A stretch of DNA of 64,000 nt from Chrysomallon squamiferum (taxonomy: Eukaryota > Animalia > Mollusca), in NCBI GenBank assembly GCA_012295275.1, contig CM022674.1:10416001-10480000 (forward strand). Reading direction: 5' to 3'. This document shows positions 13,640-26,330 of the stretch, piece by piece; the first letter of the stretch is position 1; each line of letters begins with the position of its first letter. The notes under the pieces were generated by a model that was not told the origin of the DNA, ran no database searches, and saw only the letters and a program-made list of their open reading frames with translations. The translations under genes were made by a program, and so were the position numbers.

Positions 13640-15465
13640 ATGGTGCACCTGAATCCTTAATTAGACTGAAGTAATCTCCACATCAGCAGTTTGGTTGATA
13701 TCATCTGACTGCAGTCTGATCAGAGATTGAATTGCCAGAGGATATTTCTTCTCCTCAAAATCGTGAACTGATTCTTCAACATCTTCCTAATTTGTTTACT
13801 TAAATCACTGACTTCATCTGTACTTTCTCAACCAGTATCATTGTCATCTTACTTTAAAGGTAATTGAATCCAACAGATGCAATGAATGAACATAATTTAA
13901 AATGTTTTGTTGTTTATGGAATAGGTTTGGGTCATAGTATCTTTGATATGACTCAGGTTGAAGTACATTACCTTGAAGTGTTGGAAGTAACAACTTACAA
14001 TGCACTGTTCTTTCTCCTCTCCTCATTTTCTTTACAAATCACAAAGATTCAGTCAAACCACAAATACTCATTTTCACAACTGCCAGCTAATTTATGTCTT
14101 TCATCAAAAGCAACACATGAAAACAAAAGCCTGTTACCAACTGATAAAACAGCAGCTCTTGCCTTCTTTTTATACTGTATCTCCTGGCAGGATTGTGATT
14201 TTTCTCAGATGTTTAGATGCTAATTCAATGGCATATTTCAAACTATTCTATAATAACTTGGATTATGTCTATACTCACCCATAAGGTGATAAGGGAACAT
14301 TTTACAGTTTTCAGAAGATTCCAATGTTCAATCATCAGCTTTTCAACAAACTTCATTCACTCCTTTGTAGGAATGTATTCTTTTGGAAAGAACATATTGA
14401 AACGGATAAAGAACAATTCAGTTTTACTGACCTAGGATACACTTGAAGAGTATTGTGTCAAATTATGAATACATACTGTTGATCTAGTTTGGATAGATTT
14501 TACAGAAAATTCATAGATTTAGTTGAAGATTAGATTAACAGAGGGTTCAGTCGTATTTGTTTGCATTATTTATTTCACAGAGTTGTATAGATTTCTCAAC
14601 ATCTGTCCAGTAGAATCTTTCTTTCAAAAGTGAAATTGTTTTGTCCTTTCATGAAGACCAACATTACCATGAAACTACACAATGCCATCATTCAATGAGA
14701 AGAAGCTAATACCATCTAAATAGTAACTCTATATAAAAAAAATTCCTCAGCATTATATGGAAACAAATGAAATTCATCAAATGTCCTTGCAACTGTAAAT
14801 TTTCAAAGAACTAAATTCTGCCTAGCTTGGTATTCTGGATGATGAATGGTATTTAAATTCGTATTTTTTTTATTGTGATCTCTAGTCTTCAACATCTATA
14901 TTACATCAGTTGTCTCTTATATCCATTGTCATGTTTATTATTACTATTAATCACATTTGCAGAAAAACTCAAATTCTCTGTATGGTTTGATGCATGAACA
15001 ATTTTGCAGATCACAGTCACAAGATTTGCTTCTGGTGAACAGTTTCTTGCTTCTCTGGAAATCATGAAGTAAAATATCTATACTTCACTGTTAAGTTGTA
15101 GCAGGTTGAAAAATAAGATAACCAATTATGGCATGTAGCATCTAGATTAGCAATGTATGTCAAAGGATTTATCTGTCATAACAACACAAATTATTTTAAA
15201 AAACCCCAGTTATATCTTCATTTAACATTACAGGATTGCTCCAAATCTTTCACTAATAATACCTGTGTAAGAATCAAATAGTTTTGTTTAGACTGGATAT
15301 TCCAAAATAGGAAGTATCAACAAACATGTTTTTCTTGAAAGCTTCATCTTGTTCTGTTCTCCATTTCCATTCTGTATTAGATATAGATTCCTGACAGCAT
15401 AATTACTAGGAAGCATCTTTGTGCTTAAGTTCTGATAAAAGTTTAGACATCTTTGAAAAAATCCT
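13640..15465 (-). mobile_element. Decayed Gypsy (Ty3) LTR-retrotransposon pol fragment (RNase H to integrase C-terminus)
   Basis: Minus-strand frameshifted motifs: MTDK/PLTYI..LDATCHNWL (RNase H; cf. TDNNPLTY..LDATGHRW), KRIHSYKG and PYHLMG (integrase; cf. HSDQG, PYHPMG), QYKKKARAAVLSVGNRLL..HKLA and ERTVHCKLLLP (integrase C-terminus). Confidence 0.8.
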
Positions 15466-15535
15466 TGTCAGACTAATGTTTTATTTCTTTCAATATTTTT
15501 TCTTTTTCTTTCAGATGACACTTTAATTGTTTGTC

Positions 15536-16785
15536 ATGAATCAGACACATAAAGACATTCTACGAACTGAAAGATCTAGGATTATTGAAGAAATTCAGGA
15601 TATAAAAAGGATTGCATATGCTGTGGAAGAAAATGGAGTTATTACTAACTTTATGTTGGAAGAGATTATGGTTAGTGATAACTTTGTTTATATCTTTTGG
15701 TTTAATACATGTAAACAGAGGTATTTCACACTTAGGATTATTGATGAAATTTATGATATAGAAAGAACTGCACATGCCCTGGAAAAAAATGGAGTCATTC
15801 CTAGCTCTGTGTTGGAAGTTGATATTGGTTACTGATAACTTTGTTTATATATTTTTGTTTAATACATGTAAATTGATGGGAAATTTAATTCAGCTATTGG
15901 GGAATAGTTCAAGTATGTTTTTGAAAGTACTGAAATATATTCATGCTTTTAAACAAATTTAAAAATAGTTTACATTTGTGTCTCTCTCACTCTCAGAATT
16001 TGAATTCAACTATGGCACTTCTTTTTCTTTTTTTTTAATAGATCTTTAAAGTTCTTTTTATAATCAGGCTCTTAAAATAATTTTTTTGTAAAATATCGAC
16101 AAAATTCAGCATAACACAGTAATACTAATGCATATCAAACAGAAGACACAGTAGACAACCAGTTCTTTCAGTCTCTCTCACTTTCTCTATCTCTTATCAC
16201 TATCTTCTCTGCCTTTCTCTCTTTCTTTCTCTCATACATACATACATAAAATTATCTGACATAAATAATATATTCAAAATACATACATACAGCCAGACAT
16301 ATACACATACATACATTCATACATATATACATACCTTGATATATATGTATATATGTCTCCTTATCTAGGCTAAACCTACAGCTACTGATAAGAAGAGAGA
16401 ACTACTTACTACTTTGCCAAGACGAGGAGAAAATGCATTTGATAAATTTTATGAAGTCTTAGTCAGCTGTGATGAGTTCTCAGCTGCAGATATTTTGAAA
16501 CCAGAATTAGCTGCTCAAAGGAAAGCGAACAAAATACAACAACAGAAAAGAGATCAGCAAAAACAAGCACAATCAGTTCATGCACAACCAACTGAAGAAA
16601 GTAAGTCATGTTAAACTCCGGGGTTTTTAAGTTAAGAAATTATTATTGTTAAACTAAAGTTTTTTTCCTTTTAATTAATTATTATTGTTAAACTTCTGTT
16701 TTTCTATTAAATAAGTTCTGTTGTTAAATTCCTGTATTTTTCTTTTAAATAATAATTATTGTTAAATTGCTGGATTTTTCCTTTT

Positions 16786-16831
<46 letters not shown>

Positions 16832-19800
16832 ATTTTATTATATTTTATTTTATATTTTATTATTATTATTATTTTGTATATTTAATTTTGTTATACTCCT
16901 TTTTGGCCCATTTTTGGAAATGTTATTTAATATGAAGCAATCTGTGGACAATAAACTGATTTCACTTTCTGTGTAGATCTGTTTCTATCACAATGCCTCT
17001 GAAATTCACAGCTTAGCTAAACGTGCTAAAAGAGTGTAAAATTTCCAAAACAGATTTTTCAGACTCTGCTTACAAAATGAACATATATTTCATAAATACT
17101 GATTTTATCTTTCAAACAACAGCACCTATATCCTGATTGATAAAAAAAAAAAAAAAAAAATAGAATATCAGAAAGAATAAGAAAATAATAATATAGAAAT
17201 GCCTAACCAAGGAGTTGCCACCCAGTTGATAGCAAAAGCAAAAATATCTATTTTATTGAATTCTGAAAAAAGTCAGATAGATGAACAAAGAAACAGAGTT
17301 AAATGGAAATATATAGATTATATAGACAGAAATAATGAAACATTTTCAATTTGCAGATTGACTACAGTTTTATATAGATACAAAAAAAAAAAAAAAGTGA
17401 TATTGTGTTACAGACTTTTGTTTTATGTAATATCTTGTACATTATTTTGAGACTAATAATTTGTTTTGTCTTTATAAGAATGGCCGGATGAATCATTAAT
17501 TGATCCTGAAGCTAGTGTTATCAAATGTGATGTCTCTGGTCCAATGTATGATCGATTTCTGAGGTCTCAAGGCCAAAGTTCAAGGGTAATTTTTCTTTTA
17601 CGTATGTCTATGATCTGATATGCACAACAGTTGGTTCTTTTCAAATAATCAGTCTATTTGGCTGCTGATATATATATACATATACTATGATATTTTTCAA
17701 TGGTTTCTTTCAGATAAATCGGTAATCTTAAAAGGAAAGCCTTAATTATTTAAGTGTGTTTATTTGTGTTTTGTGTGTGTCACTGTGTATTAAGTTTTCC
17801 ATCTTCTCCCTTAATAGATGTATGTGTCAGCTTTCTGTGTTTGTGTTACTTGTTGCTTTTATGTTGTCTATTAGTGTTATTTGTGGTATCGTTGTCTGCT
17901 TGTGAGTTGTGGATGTGTTGTTCTTTGCATTTGTGTTATTTTGATTGTTGTTGTCGTGTTTGTGTTATTTGTGTTATCTTGTCTATGGCTATATATATTA
18001 TTCACAGACTGCATAATTTTTTAACAAAGACAATTATAAAAATTAATATGTCTTTTCAAAATCATTTAATATATTCATAATTAGATTTATTATTCTATTA
18101 TATTACTGTAATGTTTTCTTATTAATATCTTTTTTTCTTAATTTTTGTTCTCTGTGCTTGTGTTACTTGTGTTATCTCTGTGTTTATTATCTGTGAGATA
18201 TGTTGTCTATGTATGTGGATATGTTGTTCTTTGCATTTCAACGTATCAAGGCCAAGATTCAAGGTAATTTTTATTTTATGCACGTATGTTCTAATATGCA
18301 CAGTTGGTGCTTCTCAAATAATGATGTTTTGATGTTGATATATACATACATACATATATATATATATATATTGTGATAGTATTAAATGGTTTCTTTCAGA
18401 TATATCTGTAATCTTAAAAGAAAAGCCTTAACTATTTGTGTTTATTTGTGTTTTGTCTTTTGTGTGTATGTATGTTACATTATTTTTGTTTTTGCATGTG
18501 TTACTTGTTTTTATGTTGTCTGTTAGTGTTATTAGTGGTCTGTATGTTTACTATTTCTGAGTTTGTTGTTCTTTTTCTTGTCTCTATATTTGTTATGTAT
18601 GTGATATGCTGTCAGTGTATGTGAATGTGTTGGCTGTATTTGTGTTATTTTGTTTGTTTTCTGCATCTGTTGTTTTCTTGTATATTCTGAATTTATGTGG
18701 ATATATTATTTGTATTATGTTGTCTATGGCTATATATATTACACACCAACTGCATACATTTTGACTAAGTTAAAAAGTTTAATATATTTTTAAAATTATT
18801 TAATACGATTATAATTACATTTATCATTATATTTCTTTTTAATGTTTTAATAATAATAGTAATAATAGTACATTAACTGTACTTATTTCTCAAAGGATTA
18901 CAAAAATCAAAGTGTGCCACGAGGTAAAGCTGTAATAATCAACAATAACGACTTCAAGGTTGCGAGACATAATAACATAGAGTTAGATGATAGAGATGGC
19001 ACAAAAACAGACCAATCTTCCCTGGTCAAGTTGTTTGGTCAATTGTATTATGAAGTAGAACCATTTGAAGATTTATCTCAAAAGGTATGTTTTTTAAGCA
19101 AACTGTATCCGGTATGAATATGAAACAAATATTTTACTGGAATGATTTTCATACTTTTGCTTTTTTAATTTTTTTTAAAGATAAGAATAAAATATTGTTT
19201 TTCATTTTTAAATTTTTGAAAATTGTTTGTATCATTAGTTTGTCTAATGTTTTCACTAATTTAATTAAAATGTATATCATACACTTCAGTAAGTCTTTAT
19301 TTTACACAGTTTTTATTTCATATTAATTAATTTTTTTCATATAATTTTATTTAGAAAATTTTAGAAACAATTCAAGCCATTGCTAAAGAAGATCACAGTG
19401 CCTATGACAGTTTTGTTTTTGTTATTCTGACCCATGGAAAGAAAGATAATATTTATGGAGTAGATGGAGAATGTCTAGAAATCAGTTCAATCATAGATTC
19501 TTTTAATGGGTCAAAGTGTCCAACCCTGGTAGGAAAACCCAAACTGTTCTTCTTCCAGGCTTGTCAAGGAGGTAAGCAAGTTTTTGGTTACAGATAAACT
19601 ACAAATCACATTCAAACATGTTACAGTCACATTCAAAAAATGGTACCAGTCAGATTATAAAACAGTCTTAGAAGCTAGATCTACTACTTGTTTTATGTTC
19701 ATTACCAACACAAGATGTATTAAGAAACATTGAAAAAAAAAACAAAAAAAAATATTGTTACATCTCAGACAGGTTATATTAAAAAAATAAAGATATGAAT

Positions 19801-22130
19801 ATTTTGGGACAATTCATCTTAAATCAGCCAATAAATTGAAAAGTTGTAACCTCACCAATTTAGATAAGAAGGTAACTGCAGATCTGACTTCCATTATCAA
19901 CAATACTAACATTATAAAGATCCGCTTACTGGTTGCTGAGATATCATGATCTAGAAATTGTAGCCATAACCATGTGGATCCAAAATACAAAAATTTAAAG
20001 GTTTGGAATATGTCCTAAAGTGATTTGTAGCATGTTTTGAAGGTAACATGTTTTGAAAGTGACTTGTAACATGTTTTGAAGGTTACTTGTACAGTATTTT
20101 GACTGTGCTTGTAACACACTAGTTTTGCCCCCCAGATTCTTTGTAATGAAATAGTGTATCAAACTTGTTTCTGTGAACAGTATTTTTGGACACTGGGAGT
20201 ATACATGTAGTAATGAAATTGATATTAAACTTAATCACACTGGTCCAATTATTTATTTTAAAAGACTCCCTTATGAATACAGTGTATTGATAATGTAACA
20301 GATTTTTTGCTAAGCAGTCATTTTGTTGATTAAAAAGAAAATTAATAATTCAAAACATTTTTCTTTAAAATAAAGCATCTTAACTGAGTTTAAAATACAA
20401 GTAGAGATGTGTTTCAGTGCAGCCTTGAACATACTTTTTATAATTAATATGTTAGATTTATTTGAAGTAGTTGTCTCTGTTAGGATGTACTAATTAAATA
20501 CATTTTCTGCATTGTACCAGTATTAAGTTATGTTACTATTGTTTTATATTTTTTCATTCATCTACTTTATACAGTGAAAGATTTTTCTATGTGCATTTCA
20601 GTCTTAATATACTAAACAAATTCTGTTTTGCAGACTCCAAGGATTCTGGTGTGCCACTTCAAGCAGCACCACAGCTAAATGGTAGACCAGATAATCATGA
20701 ACTGTCTTTGAGGAACATGAAAATGCCTAGCTGTGATGAAATGTTCTTTAAAAGAAACTAGTTTTATTGACTTTAAAATACAAGTAGAGATGTGTTTCAG
20801 TGTAGCCTTGAACATACTTTTTATAATTAATATTTTAGATTTATTTGAAGTAGTTGTCTCTGTTAGGATGTACTAATTAAATACATTTTCAAGTTATGTT
20901 AGTATTCTTGTGTTTTGGTTTTTTTTTTGTATTTTTTTGTCTTCATTTATTTTATACAACAAAATCTTTTTCTATGCACATTTCAGTCCTAATACACTAA
21001 ACAAATTCTGTTCTGCAGAGTGCATCGACACTGGTGTCACAGCTCAACCAGCAGCACAGGCAAGTGATAAACCAGATAACTATGAACTGATTTTGAAGAA
21101 AATGCCTAGGTCTAATGTCACAACAGCAGACAACAAAAACAAATATACAGTACCAACTGAAGGAGATATTTTCATTGCATCTGCAACTATTCCAGGTATG
21201 GCATCATCTGTTAATTTCAATTGCTATATAATTTTCTATAAATTAAGATATAAAACTGATTTATGTCACTTCTAGAAAATCAGATAAATTCTGGAAGGGC
21301 ACCAGCAAGTGAATCTTTTTACACCAACTCCTTTAATACAGATGCACAATTTGAATAAACAAATGTGAAACAGAAAGGACATTTTTGTTATCTTTAACTG
21401 AAAAAATGTTCAGTGTAAATGCTGAGATTTGTAAACACAATGAAAGCAAATTGGATTTATATATTTATTGATTTTATTTCCAGATTATGTGTCTTGGAGA
21501 AACACCAAGAAAGGAACCTGGTTCATTCAGGCAGTAGTTCATGTATTTCAAAACTTTGCTTGTAAGGATAGCCTGGAGGTGTTGATGACCAAGGTATGTA
21601 AATGTTCACCATGCATTTTTACAAAAATTGTTTAGATCTGATACAATACTTTATCAGGTGTCATTGTAATGAGAACCAAATTAGCTGATTTTATAAAATT
21701 TGAAGAAGAAATAAATTCTGAAGGCAACATCAAAAAGAAAATTATTATTATTATTTTTTTTTTTTTCGTGATAGATCTCAGTTTATAAAAGAGATCATAG
21801 ACCTCTAGTTATTCAATGTTTCATTCACTTATAGATTTCATTTCATATAATTTTATTTTATTTTTGGTATACATTTTTTTATCTATACTATTAATAAGAG
21901 TATATTAAATTATTGCATTTAGTAAGTCTATGTTAACCTTAATCAACTGTGTTAACTTTGTTTATATATTCTTGATTAAGGTTAATGGACTGGTTAACCG
22001 AGGTTCTACAGATGAAGGCTACAGACAGGTGTCAACTTTCGAGTCACGATTTCATAAATCTTTCTACTTCTTCCCTGGATTGCCACCAACACCATCGTCT
22101 GGCCAAATCCACTGTCATCCAACAAACTGA
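15536..22130 (+). CDS. Caspase paralog 2: CARD-prodomain caspase, 438 aa; exons 15536-15670, 16369-16600, 17479-17585, 18896-19084, 19355-19571, 21019-21195, 21484-21593, 21981-22130
   Basis: All junctions GT-AG and phase-compatible (1317 nt). N-terminus MNQTHKDILRTERSRIIEEI...KKRELLTTLPRRGENAFDKFYEVL is CARD-like; catalytic LTHG and QACQG; Arg-containing DRDGT and SWRN substrate-binding motifs present. Confidence 0.9.
15733..15872 (+). repeat. Diverged tandem duplicate of the 3' part of CARD exon 1 plus intron start
   Basis: RIIDEIYDIERTAHALEKNGVIPSSVLE versus RIIEEIQDIKRIAYAVEENGVITNFMLE; the following gataactttgtttatat...aatacatgtaaa is also repeated. Confidence 0.85.
18240..18890 (+). 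repeat. Diverged tandem duplicate of the exon 3 tail and intron 3 of caspase 2
   Basis: tcaaggccaagattcaag|gtaattttt repeats tcaaggccaaagttcaagg|gtaattttt (17567-17594); intron blocks tggtttctttcagata and gtctatggctatatatatta occur twice. Confidence 0.8.
20634..20761 (+). other. Extra truncated linker exon (paralog-1 type) with intact acceptor inside caspase 2
   Basis: ttttgcag|actccaagg reads DSKDSGVPLQAAPQLNGRPDNHELSLRNMKMPSCDEMFFKRN*; 20401-20740 is nearly identical to 2068-2415. Confidence 0.8.
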
Positions 22131-22616
22131 AAACTTTGTAAGCAGGGATGAGAATTTTCATTTAGATTTGCAGGTATTTTTAAAATCCATTGAAATGTCA
22201 AGTGACTGTGTTCACAGAAAATAATGTAACTATTGGCCAATCAGTCATGAGATCTTATGAACAGTAAATGTTATTATCTAGGTAATTTAAAAATGTAAAC
22301 CTTTCACAGTACTCTGTTACACAGTAATAACTGAGGTTAAGCATACTGTACTGTTTTATTGTGTATGTTTATATTATCTGTTATATTGGTAGTTGTTCTG
22401 TAAACGATTTCAGTTGTGACAGTCCTGTCCATAAAGATGTTAACCAAGCCTAATGTTTTCACTTTTATTTTTCAACACAGATTCTCATCCCTCGTAAGGG
22501 AAACAACAATCATGTTAGTGAAATAATGATCTCATATCTGTATGCAACATAATGATACTGTCATGTACCAAATACAGAAACCACAATTATGTCATGACTA
22601 TTACTGAAACAATAGA

Positions 22617-23137
22617 CAGTGGTATCTTGACTTATTAGTTTAATCATTTGTTTTCTGACCAAATTAGCTCAATGTCAAATCAATTTTCCCAACTGAAATT
22701 AATTGAACTACCATTAATCTGTTCCAGCCACCCAAAAACCACCCCAGTATTTTGTAACGTGTTTATAAATGACAAATATTGTGTAAAAAAAAAATAAAAA
22801 GAATAATAAAAAAGAATGTAAAGAAATAAGTTGGTTTTGTAAAGTCTATTTATCTTGGATCCATTGTCAGAACATGTCCTTTTTGGCAAAATGCTGAACA
22901 AAACACAAGCACAGCACAGCAGATGCTTCCACGGCGAGGTACCTGAAGTAAATGAGTGAGTCGCGGGATGCTGGGTGGATGTTGTGTTGTTCATTGTGCC
23001 AACTGGTGGCAGCTTATCTGAAGCTCACTCGTAACTCGGATTTTGGGTCACAGTGCAAATAAAAAAAATCAACTGGACGACTGCTCATAACTCGGAAAAC
23101 TTGTAAGTTGGTGCACTCGTAAGTCAAGGTACCACTG
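22617..23137. mobile_element. Second copy of the MITE 3' of the caspase genes
   Basis: cagtggtatcttgacttattag ... ctcgtaagtcaaggtaccactg|ta, at the paralogous position to 3533-4076. Confidence 0.65.
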
Positions 23138-24579
23138 TATATGTAATTACATAGAAAAAATAACCAATTTATCTAACAACTTGATATTGGTAATTCTCTC
23201 TTCAAAATGAAATGACAAACAACAGAACACACATTCACACACAGGTACACATGTTTATATTAAATCACTGACAGAGCAGTATTAGCTCTGATATAGCTTT
23301 TATTACTGATTAGTAATTTAGGCTACTTGGAAACATTGTCAAATTCATCATGAGCTCAGTAATTTTAATTTTGTAATTATTCCAGTGTTACTATGAGTAA
23401 TTTTCTTATAATTAAGGTTTTAATAATTACTAATAGTAATACTAATTAATTCAAAATAAGTTTCAATCCATGTTCATTGTAAATGTTTTAAGATTTTATA
23501 TCAATAACATAATAAAGCTGACATTTTATGCAAATGATACTGAGATTGTACGATTTTATTTTTTCTTCTTCTTCTTTGTATTTTTTGGCAGTTTAATTTT
23601 ACTGTTACAAACCTACTAACATGCAGAATGTATTTTTGAACTGAAAGTTGTGTGATAGAATAGTGTTTCTTTAACATATTTTTTTATCATTATTATTATT
23701 ATTTTTTTTTTTTTTTCTTTGTTTAAAACTAATCATGCCTTACAAAATAAATAATCCTTCATCTTACATATTTGCACATCAACAAACACAGAATACCAAA
23801 AACAGGCAGACAGTTGTTTGGACATATTCAATATCTATATTTTAATTGTTTCTCTGTGACACTTTTTCAAATGCTGTTACATTTTCTCTGTTTAACAATA
23901 ATAATTGTTAGTTTATTTTTCTTTTTCACATTTACATTTTTAGTTTGTCATCCAGTTTATGTTCCGAATATGTTCCTTATGTGTATGTGACATTCATTTT
24001 TTTTTTGAAAAGTAGTGCCTCACTTAACTGGTATAAATGTTAATTATTTGATTTTAACTAACTTTAAAAAAAAAAAAAAAAATTGTTTTTTGTTGTTATT
24101 TCATAAAGTGGTTTTTTTTTTTCCTGAGATTTTTTTTTATTATTAGGCAATCACTGAATGTAAATTTAAAGTAAAACATGTTTTTGTTTTCTTTTTCACT
24201 GACAACATTTTCTTTGTTTTTATTTTGTTTATATATTAATTTTACTTGTTTGGTTTTATTATTATTATTATTATTCTTCAGTATATACGCTTTCCTGACA
24301 TCTTTATTCCAGCCGAATCAGTTCAAACAAGAACTTACATTTATTATGTTACCAAGAGTTGCGACAACATAACTTCAATTATAAATTATAGATAAATAAT
24401 TTTGGCAATATGTATTTAAATAAAAATAAAATAATAATTAAAAAATAATAAAGACTAAATATAATTATAATACTAACTTGTGACTAAATTAGACACTGTA
24501 GAAAAATGCTGTAAAATTTTAGGAATTATACATAATTCTTGATTACACATAGTCCCTGTAATGTGTGCACACACACACA

Positions 24580-24626
<47 letters not shown>

Positions 24627-25579
24627 CATACATTAAAAACATACAGCCCAGATACACAACTCACACACATACTAAAACACATAAGTTCCTCTTTACACAG
24701 AGAAGTGCATTGTTATTAAAGTGCATTTGTAAGAATACATTTTTAAACTACTCCATAACCATTCAAGGGAATACCTGGTTAAGTCACTCTCCCTCTAAAT
24801 AAAAATACATTCACTAAACTTGAATAACAAAAATACTAATTTCTCATTTAATGATTTAATTACATTTACTTCTTAACTGACACATCATCAAGGCATTAAA
24901 AGTTTTTAAAAAATCATGGAAATAAATTAACCCAGTATTTTACGATTTTTATCATAACCATTTTGATAGTTTTACAAATTTTTCAGTATTGGTCAGACAG
25001 AAAGAAAACAATTAAAAAATGTAAATGTCATTTAACAGAATTACAGTATTATCATTACTAAAGTATTGCAATATTTTTATAATAAATATCAGCATTATTT
25101 AACTTTTTCCATGCATAAATTCCTCATATTTTAAATTATATAATTTGTTAATATAAAAATATTAAATTTATGCAATACATTTACATTAAAGCATATTATA
25201 TGTCTGTTATGTCCTGAAATCTGAAACCAACTGTGAAATTGGAATATCCCATTTATTAATTGTTACATGTTACATGGTTCTGATAGCATTAAAACAAATA
25301 TCTTTGCAGTGTTAAAGTTAGAAATATAATGTGGTGCCTCTGTTGTGGATACAGAAAAATAATAATAATAATTATCTGTTATAATATTGTAATATGGTCT
25401 AACAAATACTTATTTGTTTTAGGTATGAAGAATGTGTTTTTAATAGTCATTCAAACTCAGTATAATTTGTGAATAATAATATTACACAATTCATACATGT
25501 TCAAATCACAATGAACACTTTTACTGAGAGAAATAGATAAAACATTAATTCTTCCTTTTAAAAAAGCTTTTTTTTTTTT

Positions 25580-26330
25580 CATGAGAACAACCAGCCAATT
25601 ACAGTTTGTCTGAAATGAACTTTATTTACACTGAGGCTGTAATCTATGGCATATGAAGATACATTCAAGCAAAATTCAATATAACAAGTATAACAAGACA
25701 GTGGATTTACAGTAATGTACGTAATGACAAAAAAATACATACAGTATATCAATATATCAACTTGAGGATTTGAAAGCACTAGAGATACCATTACACTGTG
25801 ATAACCACATATATGTACAGCCAGCACCTTCAATAATAGATTTAACATGTAATAGCCATTTGTGAATAAAAATGTTATTGCTAACGTTATTCAATAAAAG
25901 TCTATCAGTAAATATAACTTAGACTGTTTTCCTGTGATCAATCAATACAGTAAATAATCATTCTTACTTTTACTGTAATATAAACTGGATAATGCCAAAT
26001 TTCATAAACTGGTTACATAATATTTCCAGTAATGATAAATGTTTGAATCCCCAAATCTTGCTACCATATAGAACTGGTAAAAAAAAATACATGCTGTCAA
26101 AATGTTTTAGTTGGCACTGGATGGAAATATTATGACAACTTCCTTGTTGTAGAATGGAATACATAGCTGTCTGTGCGTGTTTATGTATATAATATGTTTC
26201 TTGTCTTAGTAAATCTAGTCAGTTTGTGAAAAATAATCCTGAGAAATTTGTAACTTTCTGTATTATCAAACTTTGATTTTTCAAAGATAAAACACTTTCT
26301 TATAATCTTTGTGGTTGCCACTAAGAAATT
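25580..26330 (-). mobile_element. Non-LTR retrotransposon (LINE) RT C-terminal relic
   Basis: QLKHFDSM..PVLYGSKIWGF..LEILCNQFMK resembles the LFDSxVxPILLYGxEIWG motif of L2/CR1-group LINEs; same family as 50350-52040. Confidence 0.7.

Larger units (their letters stand above)
18860..24140 (+). repeat. Segmental duplication paralogous to ~215-5050
   Basis: Exons, most introns and over 1.5 kb of 3' flank align by eye (e.g. 4702 vs 23772 ORF-track translations are near-identical). Confidence 0.92.
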
